64,000 nucleotides of DNA from a virus (lineage: Duplodnaviria > Heunggongvirae > Uroviricota > Caudoviricetes). Below are positions 60,814 through 64,000 of this stretch, piece after piece. Within the stretch, counting starts at the first letter, position 1; the number at the start of each line of letters is the position of its first letter. Position numbers and translations under genes: made by a program. The stretch is from the IMG/VR virus record IMGVR_UViG_3300046507_000639, positions 1 to 64,000 of that record. The stretch is one strand, 5' to 3'. The notes below the pieces were generated by a model that had not been told where the DNA came from, did not search any database, and saw only the letters and a program-made list of their open reading frames with translations.

Positions 60814-61858
60814 ACTTCTTGGCTGTCTGGAGGGCGATGTTCACTGCCTGGTGCATGTCGAGGTAGGCGTAGAGACCGGTCCGGCCGATGAACGTCACCT
60901 TCTCGTTTGGAATGGCTCTGTACTTCTCGTAGACCTCACGGTTCTTGCCGTCTCGGTCCTTCACCGGGTAGTACCGCTCCATGTCGTTGTCGCGGTAGTC
61001 GCAAGGTATTTCGGCGGTGAACAGACTGTAGTTCTCGGCTTCAGCCTTAGGAGAGTTCGGGAGCTTGTCCCAGCAGGTGATGCGGGTGTACGGGCCGTCG
61101 TCGGTGTAGTTGACTGTCGCGACGTCTTCTGGCCAGTTGAGCAGGCCGGGAAAGTAGCCTGACTTGTGCATCGCGAGCGTCGCCAAGATTTTGAACTTGA
61201 TGGACCGGTACGGGAGCTCGCCGTGCTCGAAGTCGTAGTACTCATCGATCGGCATCGAGTTGAAAACGTGAAAGTATTCCGCTTCCATACTCTTGTCAAA
61301 CGCCGTGTTGATCCTGACATAAATGCTGGGATGGTCCAGCATCTCTTGTACCAAGCGAGTGTATCCTATGGACGGGAGGCCCTGGAACTCGTCGTTCGGG
61401 AAGTAGAACTCGTTGTCGTCGTCACGGATCGGCACGCGGGAGGCGATGGACGGGTCGAGCTCATCGAGGCTGACTCCCCACATCTTCTTGGTGTACGGGC
61501 GAAAGAAGACGTCGAGGACGTTCTCTTCGCCGACTGCTTCCTTAGTGGCCCGGTTGACCGGGAGGGTCAGGAACTGGCCGCGCCAGTAAGCCTTCACCTT
61601 GTGCTTGTACGGGATCCAGTGGGTGAACTTCGCGAGGTACTCCCACACCGCCCGGTTGTTCGTATGGAACAGGTGAGGTCCGTACTTGTGTACGCGCGGC
61701 CCTACGCTGTGTTCGTAGTCGTAGGCGTTGCCCGCGACGTGCGACCTCTTGTCGATGACGTGCACGTCCCAGCCGAGCTCGGCCAGCTCACGGGCGATGG
61801 TGGCGCCCGAGAAGCCGGCACCGACTACGAGTATGCGTCTGTTCTTATCGGGGTGCAT
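60779..61858 (-). CDS. glf: UDP-galactopyranose mutase (Glf)
   Basis: FAD fold ILVVGAGFSGATIA. HVIDKRSHVAGNAYD...GPHLFHTNN...VWEYL. 359 aa. Confidence 0.8.
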   Translation of the reverse strand: MHPDKNRRILVVGAGFSGATIARELAELGWDVHVIDKRSHVAGNAYDYEHSVGPRVHKYGPHLFHTNNRAVWEYLAKFTHWIPYKHKVKAYWRGQFLTLPVNRATKEAVGEENVLDVFFRPYTKKMWGVSLDELDPSIASRVPIRDDDNEFYFPNDEFQGLPSIGYTRLVQEMLDHPSIYVRINTAFDKSMEAEYFHVFNSMPIDEYYDFEHGELPYRSIKFKILATLAMHKSGYFPGLLNWPEDVATVNYTDDGPYTRITCWDKLPNSPKAEAENYSLFTAEIPCDYRDNDMERYYPVKDRDGKNREVYEKYRAIPNEKVTFIGRTGLYAYLDMHQAVNIALQTAKKFDIANSRYLHD

Positions 61859-62951
61859 CGAGCGCCGCCGTGAGTTCAGAGCGAGTCACTGCCTTGTCGA
61901 GCGGGTGTACCGAATAGATCGCCTCTCGCTGCCACTGCGCCAGCTTGGTCAACTGCGAGTCAGTGAGGCTCTCGATCGTGGACGCGCTCTGAATGAGTGC
62001 GGCGTCCTTGTAGTAGACCATCAGCTCTCGCTTGTCGCCTACGAGGATCGAGCCGGCGTCGGCCACCTGGAGCGGTCGCGCCCTCCACCATCCGGAGCCG
62101 GAGTGGAAGTAGCCGGGCATCAGTACGCCCCACTGGGCGTTGAACTTCTTGCACATCTGGTCCTCGGTGAGGCGCTCGCACTTTTCTTCATTGCGCTTCG
62201 AGCCGTAGTAAGTGATCGGCCAGGACTTGACTCCCTGGGACTCGACCCACTTGCGGGTCTTCTTCTGCACGAGCGAGGCGAAGTTCCACTCCCGCTTCTT
62301 GCCGGCGTCTTCCTCGTCAACTCCGAAAAAGTCGTCAAAAGTCGCGACCTTCTCGACGCCGTAGTTGTTCTCAGGCGTGCGGTTGAAGTGATACGGGTTC
62401 GGGTTGAAGGTGAACACCTCACCCTTCCAGTTCAGCTTGAGCAGTGAGAGGTCTCCGCCCGCGAAGGCCGAGATCAGGAGCCGGTTCTTACGCTCGAGGA
62501 TGAGCTCGCACGCTTCCTTGTACTGGGCAGCGTACTTCGCGACCTCTTCCTTTGACTCCTTGCCCTGCCAGAGGTCGAAGTAGTAATCCTTGAACGCCTT
62601 GTCCAGGTCTCCCGCGACGAAGTAGTCGTGGTAAGACTTGATGCTGTACATGATCTGGTCGGTCTGCCAGTCGTCGAACGCGAAGATCGCGTCCTGGCGG
62701 GCGTAGACTGCCCAGAGTCCTGACCAGAGGAACTGACAGAACGCCTTGGGAGAGTGGATGTAGGTGATGACCTCGTCGTACTGTGACAGGTCTTCCCCGA
62801 TCACGACGGGTCGCTGGTCTACCTCGAAGCCCATGTCCTCGAGCGCGTGCGCCAGGGCGTAGTGGCTCGGGACCACCTTCAGCTCCTGCTTGCGCCAGAA
62901 ATCGCGGACGCATTGATTTTTGTTCAGTCCGTTGATGAGGATTTTCTTCAT
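61845..62951 (-). CDS. GT-B glycosyltransferase resembling T4 alpha-glucosyltransferase (AGT-like); start MKKILING
   Basis: SWPITYYGSKRNEEK vs AGT IPYEYYGNREIDK. ATGA coupling with the dCMP deaminase. Confidence 0.45.
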   Translation of the reverse strand: MKKILINGLNKNQCVRDFWRKQELKVVPSHYALAHALEDMGFEVDQRPVVIGEDLSQYDEVITYIHSPKAFCQFLWSGLWAVYARQDAIFAFDDWQTDQIMYSIKSYHDYFVAGDLDKAFKDYYFDLWQGKESKEEVAKYAAQYKEACELILERKNRLLISAFAGGDLSLLKLNWKGEVFTFNPNPYHFNRTPENNYGVEKVATFDDFFGVDEEDAGKKREWNFASLVQKKTRKWVESQGVKSWPITYYGSKRNEEKCERLTEDQMCKKFNAQWGVLMPGYFHSGSGWWRARPLQVADAGSILVGDKRELMVYYKDAALIQSASTIESLTDSQLTKLAQWQREAIYSVHPLDKAVTRSELTAALDAPR

Positions 62952-63397
62952 GCTATAGTGACTTTCACTCCGGCTTCGTTGAACATGGCTTGGGAGCTCT
63001 CCCATTCTTCTCGCCACTTGTCGGACCTATTTATGTCTCTCTCACGGACGACCACGCGCTTTATCCCGCTCTGGATGACCCCGAGGGCGCACTGAGAACA
63101 GGTGGGTAGTCCGGAAGTGTAGAGGGTGGCGCCCTTCAGTGAGACGCCGGAGAGTGAAGCGTTGTAGATGACGTTCATCTCAGCGTGCACTATCAGTTTA
63201 TACTTTTTCTCACGGTCTGTCAACCGGTCGTCGCTGTCTTCGATGCCGCGCGGAAACCCGTTGTAGCCCAGCGAGAGTACTTGGCCGTGCTCACCGATCG
63301 CGACTGCGCCGATCTTGGACGAGGGGTCCTTAGACCAGCCCGCAACGTGCTCAGCGAGGTCGAGGTACCGACCGTGCCACTTGCATTCTTCACACAC
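62948..63397 (-). CDS. dCMP (deoxycytidylate) deaminase
   Basis: Zinc motifs HAEMNVI and PCSQCA. Confidence 0.8.
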   Translation of the reverse strand: MCEECKWHGRYLDLAEHVAGWSKDPSSKIGAVAIGEHGQVLSLGYNGFPRGIEDSDDRLTDREKKYKLIVHAEMNVIYNASLSGVSLKGATLYTSGLPTCSQCALGVIQSGIKRVVVRERDINRSDKWREEWESSQAMFNEAGVKVTIA

Positions 63398-63533
63398 TCT
63401 TCATCACCGCCTTGATCTGGACTGGACATTGTGACTTCGGACACGAGTAGTGCTCCTTCGAGGACACCTCTCGCTTGCACGACGGACACTTCCCGATCGG
63501 TCGGCTGGGTTCAAACTTGACCCAGAGTCTGTC
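63390..63533 (-). CDS. possible zinc-ribbon peptide (about 47 aa, non-ATG start)
   Basis: CPSCK...CPKSQC in the C-terminal part of ORF 63390..63704. The N-terminal Arg/His-rich part is rejected. Confidence 0.3.
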   Translation of the reverse strand, partial: DRLWVKFEPSRPIGKCPSCKREVSSKEHYSCPKSQCPVQIKAVMKSV

Positions 63534-63541
63534 TTTCTTGT

Positions 63542-63787
63542 TCAAGCCTTCATCTCCATGGTCGCCAGGAAGCCTAGAGTGCAGCCGGCGAAGGTCGCGA
63601 GGGACATGCACAGGACGGGCGACAGCAGTGCCATGCAGGCGATCGCGGCGATCACGAGGGTGCCGACCGAGAGCAGGACGATGAGCGACCAGACCGTGGT
63701 GCACACCAGCGCGGAGTCAAGTGAGTCTGCGAAGCTTCTCGAGCCGCGAGCAGAATTCTCTTTCTGTGAGTACTGTTTCTGAGGCAT
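63542..63787 (-). CDS. hypothetical membrane protein
   Basis: Hydrophobic core VCTTVWSLIVLLSVGTLVIAAIACMALLSPVLCMSLATFAGCTLGFLA. Confidence 0.45.
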   Translation of the reverse strand: MPQKQYSQKENSARGSRSFADSLDSALVCTTVWSLIVLLSVGTLVIAAIACMALLSPVLCMSLATFAGCTLGFLATMEMKA

Positions 63788-64000
63788 CGTTGTGTCCTAT
63801 CGAGTGGGTCAGGGTTGAGTTTCCTGTGGCGATTAGAGCCCTTCGGAAACCTTCGTTCTGAGTATAAACGGCTTCGTACACTTTGTCAAGGAATTCTTGA
63901 TAGAAATCAGAATGCCGGTTCATAGGTACGCCCTTCCACCAGAGGGTCTGCTGTCGCTTCCACGCCTTGTTGCGCTTCTTGCCTCGGTACTTCGCCTCGA
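63717..64000 (-). CDS. hypothetical protein (5' end beyond the window)
   Basis: The frame stays open past the first Met to the window edge. Confidence 0.4.
   Translation of the reverse strand, partial: EAKYRGKKRNKAWKRQQTLWWKGVPMNRHSDFYQEFLDKVYEAVYTQNEGFRRALIATGNSTLTHSIGHNDASETVLTEREFCSRLEKLRRLT

Noticed and set aside
1-64000. CRISPR arrays, IS elements, integrase/att sites
   Set aside because: No regularly spaced direct repeats, transposase-like ORFs or recombinase genes were found. The only notable repeats are the 48-bp terminator-promoter cassette and the short 14-mer duplication.

Overview
This window reads as a densely packed, almost entirely minus-strand segment of a large, high-GC, T4-like lytic phage genome.

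Replication core:
- RegA (54024..54422), the gp62/gp44 clamp loader, the gp45 clamp, a gp41-like DnaB helicase, a UvsX recombinase, a gp61-like primase and a T4-type RNase H/FEN are all present.
- The family-B DNA polymerase is split into two cistrons, 45570..47060 and 43712..44686.
- A metallophosphoesterase gene and a promoter sit between the two polymerase halves.

Nucleotide metabolism:
- RNR large subunit with an adjacent GIY-YIG homing endonuclease.
- ThyX-like enzyme, dCMP deaminase, an HD phosphohydrolase and two glutaredoxins.

NAD salvage:
- NAMPT, a NadM-Nudix fusion and a macro-domain protein.

tRNA biology:
- A cluster of about 11 tRNA or tRNA-like genes at 7.3–12 kb.
- Thg1-like protein, CCA-adding enzyme, PTH2, a YqeY/GatB-like protein and a KYDG ligase.

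Possible DNA-sugar modification:
- C5-MTase-like enzyme.
- BGT-like, AGT-like, GT-A and GT4-like glycosyltransferases.
- A UDP-galactopyranose mutase.

Lysis and other functions:
- GH19 endolysin with nested i-/o-spanins, a PAAR-like protein and a GH16 glucanase-like protein.

Regulation:
- Minus-strand genes are driven by many sigma70-type promoters (TTGACA/TTTACA-N17-TATAcT).
- These promoters appear on the + strand as tgtcaa/tgtaaa.
- Several promoters give leaderless mRNAs.

Gene packing:
- Genes are tightly coupled by ATGA/GTGA overlaps.
- The overlaps include many micro-ORFs that encode single-TM peptides.

Reliability:
- Coordinates read by eye may be off by ±1–2 nt.
- tRNA identities are provisional.
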